Shown piece after piece: positions 18,770-28,658 of a stretch of DNA of 40,631 bases. The DNA is taken from sequence record SRR2962707_2057; one strand, 5' to 3'. The notes beneath the pieces are model-generated. The model saw only the letters and a program-made list of their open reading frames with translations, had not been told where the DNA came from and searched no databases. Numbering within the stretch: position 1 is the first letter of the stretch; each line of letters starts with the position of its first letter. Both the position numbers and the translations under genes were made by a program.

Positions 18770-19768
18770 ATGCTGACTGGACAATCGATACTGATAACCG
18801 GCGGGACCGGTTCCTTCGGGCATACGTTCCTTCCGATGACGCTTGAACGCTACAATCCACGACGCATTATCGTCTACTCCCGCGACGAGATGAAACAGTG
18901 GGAGATGGCCAAGAAGTACCAGGACGACAGTCGTGTCAGATTCTTCATTGGCGATGTCCGGGATAAGGAGCGACTTTACCGGGCGCTCGATGGCGTCGAC
19001 TACGTTGTCCACGCTGCGGCTACCAAGATCGTACCGACCGCTGAATACAATCCGTTCGAATGCATAAAGACCAACATCAACGGGGCTATGAACGTGATCG
19101 ACGCCTGCATCGATCGCGGTGTCAAGCGCGTGGTGGCTCTTTCAACGGACAAGGCAAGCAGCCCGATCAATCTCTACGGCGCGACCAAACTCGCATCTGA
19201 CAAGCTTTTTGTAGCAGGCAATTCATATGCCGGCGGGCACAACACACGCTTCTCTGTAGTTCGCTACGGCAATGTCATGGGTTCGCGTGGCTCGGTGATT
19301 CCCTTTTTCCTCTCCATCAAGGACAGCGGCACGCTGCCCATTACCGATGCACGAATGACACGGTTTATGATAACTCTCGAACAGGGTGTTGAGCTTGTAT
19401 GGCACGCCTTTGACGATATGGAAGGCGGGGAAATATATGTTAAAAAAATCCCCTCCATGAACATTGTCGACCTCGCTAAGGCTGTTGCGCCTGAAGCAAA
19501 ACAGGAATTTGTAGGAATTCGCCCAGGAGAAAAGCTGCATGAACAGATGATTGGATCCGAAGACTCCTTTTATACCTACGAGTATGATGACTATTTCAAG
19601 ATACTTCCAGCTATCAACAAATGGGACTCGAGTAAGGAGCGTATAAAGGAGGGCAGGAAGGTTCAGGAGGGCTTCAGCTATACGAGCGATAACAATCCTG
19701 AATGGATGGAAACCGAAAATCTGCAGGATTGGATCGCAAGAAACCGTGCAAAGATCGGAACCATATGA
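18770..19768 (+). CDS. pseB: UDP-GlcNAc 4,6-dehydratase (inverting)
   Basis: GGTGSFG, YSRDEMKQ, HAAATKIVPTAEYNP, LSTDKA, YGATK, RYGNVMGSRGSV, GIRPGEKLHE. Confidence 0.95.
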   Translation: MLTGQSILITGGTGSFGHTFLPMTLERYNPRRIIVYSRDEMKQWEMAKKYQDDSRVRFFIGDVRDKERLYRALDGVDYVVHAAATKIVPTAEYNPFECIKTNINGAMNVIDACIDRGVKRVVALSTDKASSPINLYGATKLASDKLFVAGNSYAGGHNTRFSVVRYGNVMGSRGSVIPFFLSIKDSGTLPITDARMTRFMITLEQGVELVWHAFDDMEGGEIYVKKIPSMNIVDLAKAVAPEAKQEFVGIRPGEKLHEQMIGSEDSFYTYEYDDYFKILPAINKWDSSKERIKEGRKVQEGFSYTSDNNPEWMETENLQDWIARNRAKIGTI

Positions 19769-20931
19769 GCACAATACCGTATGGTCGGCAGGACATAACC
19801 CAAGCTGACATCGACGCTGTAACGGACGTGCTGCGGTCGGATTTTTTGACGCAGGGACCAGTTGTTCCGCGTTTCGAACGGGCCGTGGCCGACTATTGCG
19901 GAGCCAAGCACGCTCTAGCTGTCAACAGCGCAACATCCGCCTTGCATATAGCATGTCTTGCGTTGGGGTTGGGCCCAGGTGATTGGCTATGGACGACGCC
20001 GATAACCTTTGTTGCATCAGCCAATTGCGCGCTGTATTGCGGCGCACAGGTCGACTTCGTCGACATTGACCCACAAACCTACAATCTGTCGCCCGACGCG
20101 CTCGAACGAAAACTGGTCGTTGCTGAAAAAGAGGGGCGGCTACCGAAGGTTTTGATTCCAGTCCACATGTGCGGACAGCCTTGTGAAATGGCCCGCATTC
20201 ATCAGTTGGGCCAGCGCTTCGGTTTTGCGATAATCGAGGATGCGTCGCATGCGATCGGTGGTCACTATCAAGGCTTGCCGGTAGGCGACTGTCGCTTCAG
20301 CGACATCACCGTATTCAGCTTTCATCCAGTCAAGATTATTACAAGCGCCGAGGGCGGAATGGCGGTCACCAACGATGGAGCGCTGGCCGAGCGCATGGCG
20401 CTGCTGCGCAGTCATGGTGTCACCCGCGACCCCGCGCTGATGACCCATCAGGCCGATGGTCCCTGGTACTATCAGCAAATTGATCTTGGCTTTAACTATC
20501 GAATGACGGAACTCCAAGGGGCCCTCGGCGTTAGCCAGCTTGACCGATTGGACGATTACGTTGCGCGCCGTCATGAGCTGGCTCGGCGTTACGACGCCAT
20601 GCTGGCAGACTTGCCTCTCATCACGCCATGGCAGCACCCTGAGTGCTATTCCGGGCTGCATCTCTATGTCGTGCGCATCGCAAGCGATCGTGTCCGCGTT
20701 AGCCAGCGCGACGTTTTTGTCGCCATGCGCGAGCAGGGAATTGGGGTAAATCTTCACTATATTCCGGTCCACACCCAACCCTACTACCAGCGCATGGGAT
20801 TTGGTGCCGGAGATTTCCCCCAAGCCGAGGCCTACTACGCAGTGGCCATTAGCCTGCCGATGTATCCGACCATGAGCGAAGAACAACAGGATCGAGTCGT
20901 CGCTTCCCTCGAAAGGGCGCTTTTGCAATGA
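19765..20931 (+). CDS. pseC: UDP-4-keto-6-deoxy-AltNAc aminotransferase (DegT family)
   Basis: IPYGRQDI...LTQGP, NSATSALH, IEDASHA, FSFHPVKIIT.EGG (PLP Lys). ATG 19765 overlaps the pseB stop. Confidence 0.93.
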   Translation: MSTIPYGRQDITQADIDAVTDVLRSDFLTQGPVVPRFERAVADYCGAKHALAVNSATSALHIACLALGLGPGDWLWTTPITFVASANCALYCGAQVDFVDIDPQTYNLSPDALERKLVVAEKEGRLPKVLIPVHMCGQPCEMARIHQLGQRFGFAIIEDASHAIGGHYQGLPVGDCRFSDITVFSFHPVKIITSAEGGMAVTNDGALAERMALLRSHGVTRDPALMTHQADGPWYYQQIDLGFNYRMTELQGALGVSQLDRLDDYVARRHELARRYDAMLADLPLITPWQHPECYSGLHLYVVRIASDRVRVSQRDVFVAMREQGIGVNLHYIPVHTQPYYQRMGFGAGDFPQAEAYYAVAISLPMYPTMSEEQQDRVVASLERALLQ

Positions 20932-21626
20932 GACTGGCTGTCATTCCCGCGCGTGGGGGCAGCAAAAGAATCCTGCGAAAAAACATTCGTTCGTTCTGCG
21001 GAAAACCGATGATCGCGTGGTCAATAGAGACCGCGAGACAGAGCGGTTGCTTCGACAGGATCATTGTTTCAACCGATGACGAAGAAATTGCAGATATTGC
21101 CCGAACGTATGGAGCTGAGGCCCCGTTTCTGCGTCCAGAACGGCTCGCGGATGACCACACGGGTACCATTCCCGTGATTGCCCATGCGATCGAGTGGCTA
21201 ACAGAACAAAACTTCGCACCCGAACACGTTTGCTGCATTTATGCCACGGCCCCGTTCATGACAGCGCCGGATCTCCGCGAGAGCTTGGCTATGCTAGTTC
21301 GGGAAGATTGCAGCTACGTCTTCCCCGTCACAAGTTTCGGCTTTCCAATCCAGAGGGCAATTCGGCTTACATCAGATGGCCGTACCGCCATGTTCTACCC
21401 TGAACAGTTTAAAACCCGCTCACAGGACCTTGAAGAAGCCTACCACGATGCAGCTCAGTTCTATTGGGGCAGAGCCGCCGCCTGGGCAAGCGCCGAACCG
21501 ATATTTTCCTCCAGGGGGGCCCCTTTGATCCTGCCCCGCTATCGCGTGCAGGACATCGACACGCCCGAAGATTGGGCGAGGGCTGAATTGATGTTTGAGG
21601 CGCTCAGGAGGAAACAGTGGCCATAG
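20928..21626 (+). CDS. pseF: Pseudaminic acid cytidylyltransferase
   Basis: IPARGGSKRILRKN, VSTDD, IYATAPF, RSQDLEEAYHDAAQFYW, QDIDTPED. Confidence 0.93.
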   Translation: MRLAVIPARGGSKRILRKNIRSFCGKPMIAWSIETARQSGCFDRIIVSTDDEEIADIARTYGAEAPFLRPERLADDHTGTIPVIAHAIEWLTEQNFAPEHVCCIYATAPFMTAPDLRESLAMLVREDCSYVFPVTSFGFPIQRAIRLTSDGRTAMFYPEQFKTRSQDLEEAYHDAAQFYWGRAAAWASAEPIFSSRGAPLILPRYRVQDIDTPEDWARAELMFEALRRKQWP

Positions 21627-23179
21627 AGCGGAAATCTGTCGCGTTCCGCGTGGACGCGTCCTACGCGATTGGCACGGGTCATGTCACGCGATGCCTGGCG
21701 CTGGCCGAAGAACTGAAAAATTCGGGCACTGAGGCCGTCTTTGTTTGCCGACCTCATGAAGGCCATCTTTCCGCATTGATTGAAGAGCGCGGCTTTACCG
21801 TTCTCGGCCTGCCCCCGCCGTCAGAGCACTGGGCATCGACCGAACAAGAGCCCGCGCACGCCGCCTGGCTCGGTGCAGATTGGCAGACCGACGCCGACGA
21901 GACACTGCGCGTCCTGGATACCGTCAGGCCCGACTGGCTGATCGTTGACCACTATGCAATCGATGCGCGATGGGAAGGACGCCTGCGACCCGCCGTCGAC
22001 AGTATCGTTGTTATCGATGATCTCGCTGACCGGGCGCATGCATGCGACACGCTCATGGATCAGAGTCTGGTGACGCGTGCCCATGAGCGCTACGTTGATC
22101 GCGTCCCCGAAAGCGCTACTATCCTCCTCGGCCCAGCTTACGCCCTTTTACAGGCGCAGTACCGACGTCATCGCGCGCATGCGACGACACGAAGCGGAAA
22201 AGTCAGCCGTGTGCTTGTCTCATTTGGCGGGGTTGATCGACACGGGCTTACGCGCGCAACTGTCGATGCACTGCTCGCCATTCGCGACAAAGATTTCAAA
22301 GCCGATATCGTTCTTGCGGCCGGCTCTGCTGACTACACCCTCGTGCAGCGGGCGATTGCGGGACGTTCAAATTTTAGGCTTCACGACCGGGTCACCAGCC
22401 TGGCGCCCATGATGCTTGCCGCAGACCTGATGGTTGGTGCTGGTGGCACGACAAGCTGGGAGCGGCTCTGCCTTGGCCTGCCAGCAATTATTGTCACCGT
22501 AGCCAGTAACCAACGTCCCGTCGCCGAGGAGTTATCGCGCCGGGGTCTCGTACGCTGGCTCGGAGATGCCGACCCGACCACTGCTTCCAGATTGCGCTCA
22601 GCACTGACCGACATCTTCGCGACCGGCCTTGACCCCGACTGGTCGGAACGCTGCTTCGAGGTTGTCGACGGACGAGGCACGACGCGGGTGTGTGCGGTAT
22701 TGAGCGCGCATCGGGATATGCCTCTTTTCGTGCGCACTGCTGAACCACGCGACGAAGGGCTACTTCTTGAGTGGTCCAACGATGCTGAAACACGCCGGAA
22801 CGCTTTCAATCCAAAGCCTATATCACCGGCGGAACATCACGCTTGGTTCAACAAACGCCTTGGCAGGCAGGATGACTGCGCGCTCTATGTCGTCCAGAGC
22901 GAATCTGGCGTTCCAGTCGGCCAGGTCCGTTTTGAGAAGCAAGAGGATCGGTGGGAAATAAGTTATGCTGTTGCCCCTGACTTCCGAGGTTTTGGTCTTG
23001 GGCGGCCTCTGCTCGCCCGAGCGATTGAACATCTGCGGATCGGTCGCCCCGACATTACGCTGTTTGGTCAGGTGAAGCCCCAAAACGCGGCATCGCAAAA
23101 GATTTTCAAGGCGCTTGAGTTCGCCCAACGCAAAGCGGAACCGGACCGCTTTATCTTCGAGCGCAGTTTCAAGGAGTAA
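21617..23179 (+). CDS. pseG: PseG UDP-sugar hydrolase fused to a C-terminal GNAT (PseH-like) N-acyltransferase
   Basis: FRVDAS..IGTGHVTRCLALA, VDHY, IDDLADR, SFGGVD, GAGGTTSWERLCLGLP; C-terminal GNAT EH.AWF, VGQVRF, FRGFGLG, NAASQKIF. Confidence 0.9.
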   Translation: MAIERKSVAFRVDASYAIGTGHVTRCLALAEELKNSGTEAVFVCRPHEGHLSALIEERGFTVLGLPPPSEHWASTEQEPAHAAWLGADWQTDADETLRVLDTVRPDWLIVDHYAIDARWEGRLRPAVDSIVVIDDLADRAHACDTLMDQSLVTRAHERYVDRVPESATILLGPAYALLQAQYRRHRAHATTRSGKVSRVLVSFGGVDRHGLTRATVDALLAIRDKDFKADIVLAAGSADYTLVQRAIAGRSNFRLHDRVTSLAPMMLAADLMVGAGGTTSWERLCLGLPAIIVTVASNQRPVAEELSRRGLVRWLGDADPTTASRLRSALTDIFATGLDPDWSERCFEVVDGRGTTRVCAVLSAHRDMPLFVRTAEPRDEGLLLEWSNDAETRRNAFNPKPISPAEHHAWFNKRLGRQDDCALYVVQSESGVPVGQVRFEKQEDRWEISYAVAPDFRGFGLGRPLLARAIEHLRIGRPDITLFGQVKPQNAASQKIFKALEFAQRKAEPDRFIFERSFKE

Positions 23180-23183
23180 AAAT

Positions 23184-24230
23184 ATGCGGATTGGCCATCA
23201 CACGATCGGGCGCGACGCGCCTCCGTTTATCATTGCCGAGATGTCGGGCAACCATAATCAATCACTCGACAGGGCCTTGGAAATCGTCGACGCGGCCGCC
23301 GCGACCGGCGCGCATGCGTTAAAGCTACAGACTTATACGGCCGATACCATCACGCTCGATGTAAGGGGCGGCAGCTTCGACATCGAGGACGAGAACAGTC
23401 TGTGGAAGGGTCGGAATCTACACGACCTTTACAAGCAGGCTCATACCCCTTGGGAGTGGCACGGCCCGATTATGGAGCGAGCGCGCAAGCACGGCATGGT
23501 GTGCTTCAGCAGCCCCTTTGACGAAACCGCCGTGGATTTTCTCCTGAGCCTCGATGTGCCGGCGTTCAAAATCGCGTCCTTTGAGAACGTGCACCTGCCG
23601 CTCATCCGGAAGGTGGCCGCAACCGGAAAGCCGATCATCATGTCGACCGGCATGGCAAGTCTGTCCGAGCTCGATGATGCCGTCCGGGCAGCACGGGAGG
23701 CAGGATGCGAGAACCTCATCTTGCTCAAATGCACGAGCACATATCCCGCGACGCCGGAAAACACCAATGTCCTCACTGTCCCCCACATGCGCGATTTGTT
23801 CGGCTGCGAAGTTGGCCTGTCGGACCATACGATGGGCGTAGGGGTGGCCATTGCCGCCGTTGCGCATGGTGCGACCGTGGTCGAAAAGCATTTCACCCTG
23901 CGTCGCGCCGATGGAGGGGTCGATAGCACCTTCTCCTTGGAGCCCGAAGAGATGAAGGCTCTGGTCGTGGAAACCGAACGCGCCTGGCAATCACTTGGCA
24001 AGGTGACCTACGGGCCGACTGAAGCTGAAAAGAAATCGTTGGCATTCAGGCGTTCGATCTATGTCTCCAGGGATGTCGAGAAAGGTGATGTGCTCACGCC
24101 CGACAACATTCGCATCGTTCGCCCGGGCCACGGGCTGGCACCCAAATACTACGATCTACTTTTGGGAAAGCACGCAGGCCGCGCGATGCCAGCAGGTACG
24201 CCAATGACTTGGAATGACTTTCTGTCCTAG
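23184..24230 (+). CDS. pseI: Pseudaminic acid synthase
   Basis: IIAEMSGNHN, KLQTYTADT, SSPFD, KIASFE, LKCTSTYP, GLSDHT, EKHFTL, C-terminal SAF domain; RBS aaggag before ATG 23184. Confidence 0.94.
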   Translation: MRIGHHTIGRDAPPFIIAEMSGNHNQSLDRALEIVDAAAATGAHALKLQTYTADTITLDVRGGSFDIEDENSLWKGRNLHDLYKQAHTPWEWHGPIMERARKHGMVCFSSPFDETAVDFLLSLDVPAFKIASFENVHLPLIRKVAATGKPIIMSTGMASLSELDDAVRAAREAGCENLILLKCTSTYPATPENTNVLTVPHMRDLFGCEVGLSDHTMGVGVAIAAVAHGATVVEKHFTLRRADGGVDSTFSLEPEEMKALVVETERAWQSLGKVTYGPTEAEKKSLAFRRSIYVSRDVEKGDVLTPDNIRIVRPGHGLAPKYYDLLLGKHAGRAMPAGTPMTWNDFLS

Positions 24231-24279
24231 TCGGGCCCGGCATTTGACGACGGCACTCGCTATTCTTCACGAGCTAACG

Positions 24280-26277
24280 TTAATCAATGGCATCTGTCAG
24301 CCCGATCGTGTCGGCAATCTCTTCCAGCGTTTCCGTCGACAGGTTCCGTCGGATATGGCTGTGATCCTGGAAGAGGAATTCACCGTTGATTTCTGTCTGG
24401 CAGATACCGGAAGCGCACATACTTGATCCGGGAAAGACTGCCTCAACGTCAACTCGTTCCCATGCAAGTGCGGAGAACACGCTGTTCAGGTCGGCATTCC
24501 GCTCTTCGTAACCGCTGCTGGGCAGGATTAGAGCGTCAGGTGGGCAGGGCGTACGCAAGAGCGTTGACTGCGCAAATACGCATCCCATAGGGTCAAATGG
24601 AAATGACGCGAAGTTGGCGACGAGCACGGTTTTTCGGTCAGAGGCGCGAATGACTTCAAGCGTTTCGCTTAGAGCATAGTAGAATGTTGTAGCTGGATCG
24701 TTGTTAGGTTGCTCCTCGCCGTCCTTTGAAAGATAGCCCGCCTGCCACAATGAAGCGAGCACCACAGTCTTAATGTGCGGCGTATTCTCCAGGAAACGAA
24801 GTGCCGTTTCGCGGGTTTCAATGCATTTCGCACGATAGTCGGGAAGATCCCTACGATTGCGATGATACGTGCCACCCATGCTGGCGGGACACGCGTGAAA
24901 CAGCACAGCACTTTGCCCAGGGTTTAGAACCGTATTGAGAAGAGGTACAAAATGGATCGCGTGACTGTCGCCCCACAAAAAAACGCGATCGGTGGAGGTT
25001 TCCCAATCCTCTCCGAAGACGCAGACCTTTCCCAGCTCCCCAAGAGAGGTGGGATGAGGGCAGTCCCATGTCCACATCACCTCGCGGCTTTCCATTGCAC
25101 GAAACGCGCTGCTTAATCGCATCGGGACACCCTCTGCTGCGGCAAGTGCAAATCCTGATACTGCCATCACGAAGGAACCGGAAATGCCTACGACGAGGGT
25201 CCGAAGGTTTGGAAGATGCATTCGGCGGAATGGTGCCTCTATCAGCCTCAAGGACAGGAAGGCCAGTCCCACCGAGGCAACAAGCAACAACGCCGCCTCG
25301 GGCGCGGAAGGCATCTCTCCGAGGTTGTAGTGCCGGTAGAATACCAGAATCGGCCAATGCCATAGATAGAGCGAATAGGACGCCAGCCCAATCTGTCGAA
25401 GCGGCTCAAAGGACAATAGACGCGCGGTGATTGAGGCCCGCTCACTCGGCCAGATCACAAGCGCAGCACCAAGGCACGGCGCTAGGGCGTTCATGCCCGG
25501 AAAGGGGTCGCTCGACGTCAGAACAATGGCGCTGCCGGCGACAAGCATCAAACCAAGCGGCGCCGCGACCTGGGCCCATTTCGCAGGCAACCTGGGCGCG
25601 AAGACCAGCAAAGCCCCCAAAGCCAGTTCCCACGCCCGTGTATAGGGGAGATAAAAGGCCGCTTGCGGATCCTCCGAGACATGGAAGCATGCAACCGCAA
25701 AACTGGAGGCGATGATTGCAGCGAGTATGAGAATGACGGGCAGGAAGGCGTTTCGGCTCAGACGAGTGATTGCGACCAATATTATCGGCCATACGAGATA
25801 GAACTGCTCCTCGACGCCCAGTGACCATGTATGGAGGAGTGGCAATAAGTCTGCTACTTGGTCGAAGTACCCGGTATTCCAAAGAAAATAGAGGTTACTG
25901 ATGCCGAGTACGGCCGTTCCTGCTTGCCACCCCAACGATCGATAGTCGCCCGGCATCAATACAAAATAGCCGACAACCAGAGATGCGACGATTACCGCGG
26001 TAAGCGCGGGAAGAATGCGGCGTACTCGTCGGCTGTAAAACGCAGCGATGGAAAACCTGCCTTCGGCAATTTCCCGCGCGACTACTGAAGTGATTAAGTA
26101 GCCGCTTATAACAAAAAAGACATCTACACCGATAAAACCGCCCGGCACCTGATCGAGCCCGTAATGGTAGATTACAACCAACAGTACGGCGATTGCGCGA
26201 AGTCCGTCTATGTCGGCTCGATAAGAGGGGGTGGGAAGCATGGCAATCTCGCGGACAGCAGAAACCTCTGATGCCAC
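24280..26277 (-). CDS. Acyltransferase-3 + SGNH O-acyltransferase (OafA-like)
   Basis: YRADIDGLRAIAV, GVDVFFVISGY, RRVRRILPA, HTWSLGVEEQFY, SYSLYLWHWP; periplasmic GDSH and DHSH. Alternative ATG start at 26241. Confidence 0.9.
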   Translation of the reverse strand: MASEVSAVREIAMLPTPSYRADIDGLRAIAVLLVVIYHYGLDQVPGGFIGVDVFFVISGYLITSVVAREIAEGRFSIAAFYSRRVRRILPALTAVIVASLVVGYFVLMPGDYRSLGWQAGTAVLGISNLYFLWNTGYFDQVADLLPLLHTWSLGVEEQFYLVWPIILVAITRLSRNAFLPVILILAAIIASSFAVACFHVSEDPQAAFYLPYTRAWELALGALLVFAPRLPAKWAQVAAPLGLMLVAGSAIVLTSSDPFPGMNALAPCLGAALVIWPSERASITARLLSFEPLRQIGLASYSLYLWHWPILVFYRHYNLGEMPSAPEAALLLVASVGLAFLSLRLIEAPFRRMHLPNLRTLVVGISGSFVMAVSGFALAAAEGVPMRLSSAFRAMESREVMWTWDCPHPTSLGELGKVCVFGEDWETSTDRVFLWGDSHAIHFVPLLNTVLNPGQSAVLFHACPASMGGTYHRNRRDLPDYRAKCIETRETALRFLENTPHIKTVVLASLWQAGYLSKDGEEQPNNDPATTFYYALSETLEVIRASDRKTVLVANFASFPFDPMGCVFAQSTLLRTPCPPDALILPSSGYEERNADLNSVFSALAWERVDVEAVFPGSSMCASGICQTEINGEFLFQDHSHIRRNLSTETLEEIADTIGLTDAID

Positions 26278-26388
26278 GAAGCCCTCAACTCATCAACTAT
26301 CATCCGAATTCAACTGGCATAGAGATATGGTCCTTGCCTTCAAATTGGGGCCGTGTATCCTTTCGCCGGCAACGCAAGGGATGAAAAT

Positions 26389-27360
26389 ATGAAACTTCGA
26401 TTTCCCCGCTTCGATCGCAGCGAAAACACGTCCCGCGTCACATCTTCATCTCCGACCGATCCGAAAACCTCGAATACCTCCGGGGGATCCGAACAGCCGG
26501 TTTTTGGGACGGAAGAGCTCGCCTTCTTAAATGCGGCGGCACTCGATTATCTTCGTAGCTTGTCCTTGGCGGATTTGCGCCGTCGGGTAGACGCCGTTTC
26601 GGTCGATGAAATCGATACGACGGCGGGCGTAGCAGCGGCCAGCGAACTACTGGAAAAAGAGGGAATCGTTATAGTTCGGGGCTTTCTCGATCAGACGCGC
26701 CTCAGAAGTGCTGATGGTGCCATCTCGAGGGCCATGGATGCGTTGGATGCCGCCAGTCCGGAGCGCAACTATGAAGATGACGACATTCTGGTGCAGTCCG
26801 CTGAACGGGTGGCGACCAGCTATACAGCAATGGCGTCATACCCAAAGACCCTGGCAACCATTCGTCGCGGAGCGGACGCCGGTATGGTGGACGTCTTCAA
26901 TGTGGATCGCCTGGCCGGTGACCAACGGGATGCCTTGCGCGAGCCGTTTGTTAGCGAGGGGCTTCTGAAGCTGATCGCCGAAGGTGAAAATCCCCCTGAA
27001 GCAAAGAACCTCAATCTGTATGTCAATCGGGACATCACCCACACCCGCGGTTTCCACGCGGACTCGTTTGGCAAGAGTTTGAAGGGATTCGTCTATCTCA
27101 GCGACGTGAAAAGCCTGGACGACGGCCCCTATTGTTTCGTCAGGCGCACCCATGTCGATGGACCGTGGCGGAAAGCTAACCAGAAGATTTCCGAACTTGC
27201 CCAAGCCAAGACTGAAAGCCCGTTCATTGACATCAGCATGGCAGTGCCTGTTCTTGCACCGAGCGGATCGCTGATCCTCAGCGATCAGGCTGGCATCCAT
27301 AGGGGCATACCCCAAGCACCAGGTGCCGAACGTCGACTAATGGTAATGCGCTATCTATGA
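26389..27360 (+). CDS. PhyH-like Fe(II)/2-oxoglutarate dioxygenase
   Basis: EKEGIVIVRGFL, FHADS (HxD), KGFVYLSDV...DGP.CFV..TH, G..IL.D..GIHRG, distal ERR. ATG 26389 preferred. Confidence 0.72.
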   Translation: MKLRFPRFDRSENTSRVTSSSPTDPKTSNTSGGSEQPVFGTEELAFLNAAALDYLRSLSLADLRRRVDAVSVDEIDTTAGVAAASELLEKEGIVIVRGFLDQTRLRSADGAISRAMDALDAASPERNYEDDDILVQSAERVATSYTAMASYPKTLATIRRGADAGMVDVFNVDRLAGDQRDALREPFVSEGLLKLIAEGENPPEAKNLNLYVNRDITHTRGFHADSFGKSLKGFVYLSDVKSLDDGPYCFVRRTHVDGPWRKANQKISELAQAKTESPFIDISMAVPVLAPSGSLILSDQAGIHRGIPQAPGAERRLMVMRYL

Positions 27361-27452
27361 TCTTCTTCCGCGGTGCGTCAAATTCAGATGCTCGCTGTGC
27401 GGGTTAGCCGTCGCGATACTAGAGCGCCCCGCTAAAACTCGGCATATTTGTT

Positions 27453-28469
27453 CTACTTGGCCACGCGTTGCTTTCTGCGGAAGACATTTAATTTCTCGAG
27501 TTTCGCCATTTGTTGCGCGTGCTTGGCTTCTCGCCGCTCCTTGTAGATCACTTCCAAACGAGCCTGCTTGGCCCTTTGCCGTTCTTCGCGCGCAATTCTC
27601 ACACGTTCTTCGTGGTTTTTAAGCAGTGCCGCACGAACGGCTTCCACGCGCTCGATAGGCGCTGAATGCTCAAGCGCACCGGACAACATCTGGTTGGTGA
27701 TCTGAATTGCCAGTAAGGTGTATCCAAACAGTTCAAGCAATGCGAGATGTTGGGCCCAGAGATGGGGAGGCGGTGTTTCGCGCAAGAACAGGCTTTCAGC
27801 CCCAACCAACTGGCGGCGCTCGACCGGCAGTTGCTTTTCGTTGTCGAGGGCATGGGGCCAAGCCGACGACTGCCGAGAATCGTACAACTGAAAGCCCTCA
27901 CGTTGGAGAAGCACTTCCACCTCGCCGTTGAGATGCTGCCCGGTGTGAACCGGCGCGTACCATGTTTCGACAAGTAACCCCAGACAATCGTCCAGGCTAT
28001 TTAAGCTTCCCAACAAAGCCTCGTATTCGGCCGAATGAATATCGAGTTTTATAAAATTTGGTTTCGGCATGACGCCCTTGCCAACTTCCGCATCAATCGA
28101 AGTCAAAGGTACTTCGACGACAGCGGCAGTCTCTCTCACGTCGCCCCCTAAACTGCTGGGAAATCGCGCAAGATATGGCATGTTGGGAGGATAAATTGAG
28201 GACGCCTTTGGTCCCGCAGCCACATGCAACATTCGCCGACTCGGCTCATTCCACAAGCCCGCGTCAATATTGACTTTTGCCTCGTAATCGATCGTTTCCG
28301 ATCCCCGCGGCTCAAATGTATAAATCTGGCAAGAGTCCAAGACGGTGTCGAATGGTTCGAAGATCTCTCCCGCCGCCCCACCATCAACAATCGTGAAGCG
28401 AGACGCTTCGAAAATCGCTAAGCTCGAATCCGCCCAAATAAGGGGAGCATTGCTCCTCCAGTATCCCAT
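27453..28469 (-). CDS. FkbM-family SAM-dependent methyltransferase with C-terminal charged helix
   Basis: IVDGGAAG, TFEP, SID...PNFIKLDIHSAEYEAL.G, LLVE. GAGG lies 8 nt upstream of ATG 28469. Confidence 0.8.
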   Translation of the reverse strand: MGYWRSNAPLIWADSSLAIFEASRFTIVDGGAAGEIFEPFDTVLDSCQIYTFEPRGSETIDYEAKVNIDAGLWNEPSRRMLHVAAGPKASSIYPPNMPYLARFPSSLGGDVRETAAVVEVPLTSIDAEVGKGVMPKPNFIKLDIHSAEYEALLGSLNSLDDCLGLLVETWYAPVHTGQHLNGEVEVLLQREGFQLYDSRQSSAWPHALDNEKQLPVERRQLVGAESLFLRETPPPHLWAQHLALLELFGYTLLAIQITNQMLSGALEHSAPIERVEAVRAALLKNHEERVRIAREERQRAKQARLEVIYKERREAKHAQQMAKLEKLNVFRRKQRVAK

Positions 28470-28658
28470 TCCATATACCTCAGCACATCGTTGCGGCAGA
28501 CTAACCATTCCGCATAGGGCCAGCAAGCGGCTTCAAGCCACTTGCTCTTGAAACGCACCTCCTCTAGGCAGATGCGCAAGGGAGACGCCGACGTCTAGAA
28601 AAGCCAGCCTTTCGTTGATTGGTTCAGCGTCGAGGGTGCGTCATAGAGGGAGTTTGAT

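Noticed and set aside
26285-26315. Three TCAACT hexamers in the divergent acyltransferase/dioxygenase gap
   Set aside because: Short and irregularly spaced; compatible with chance.
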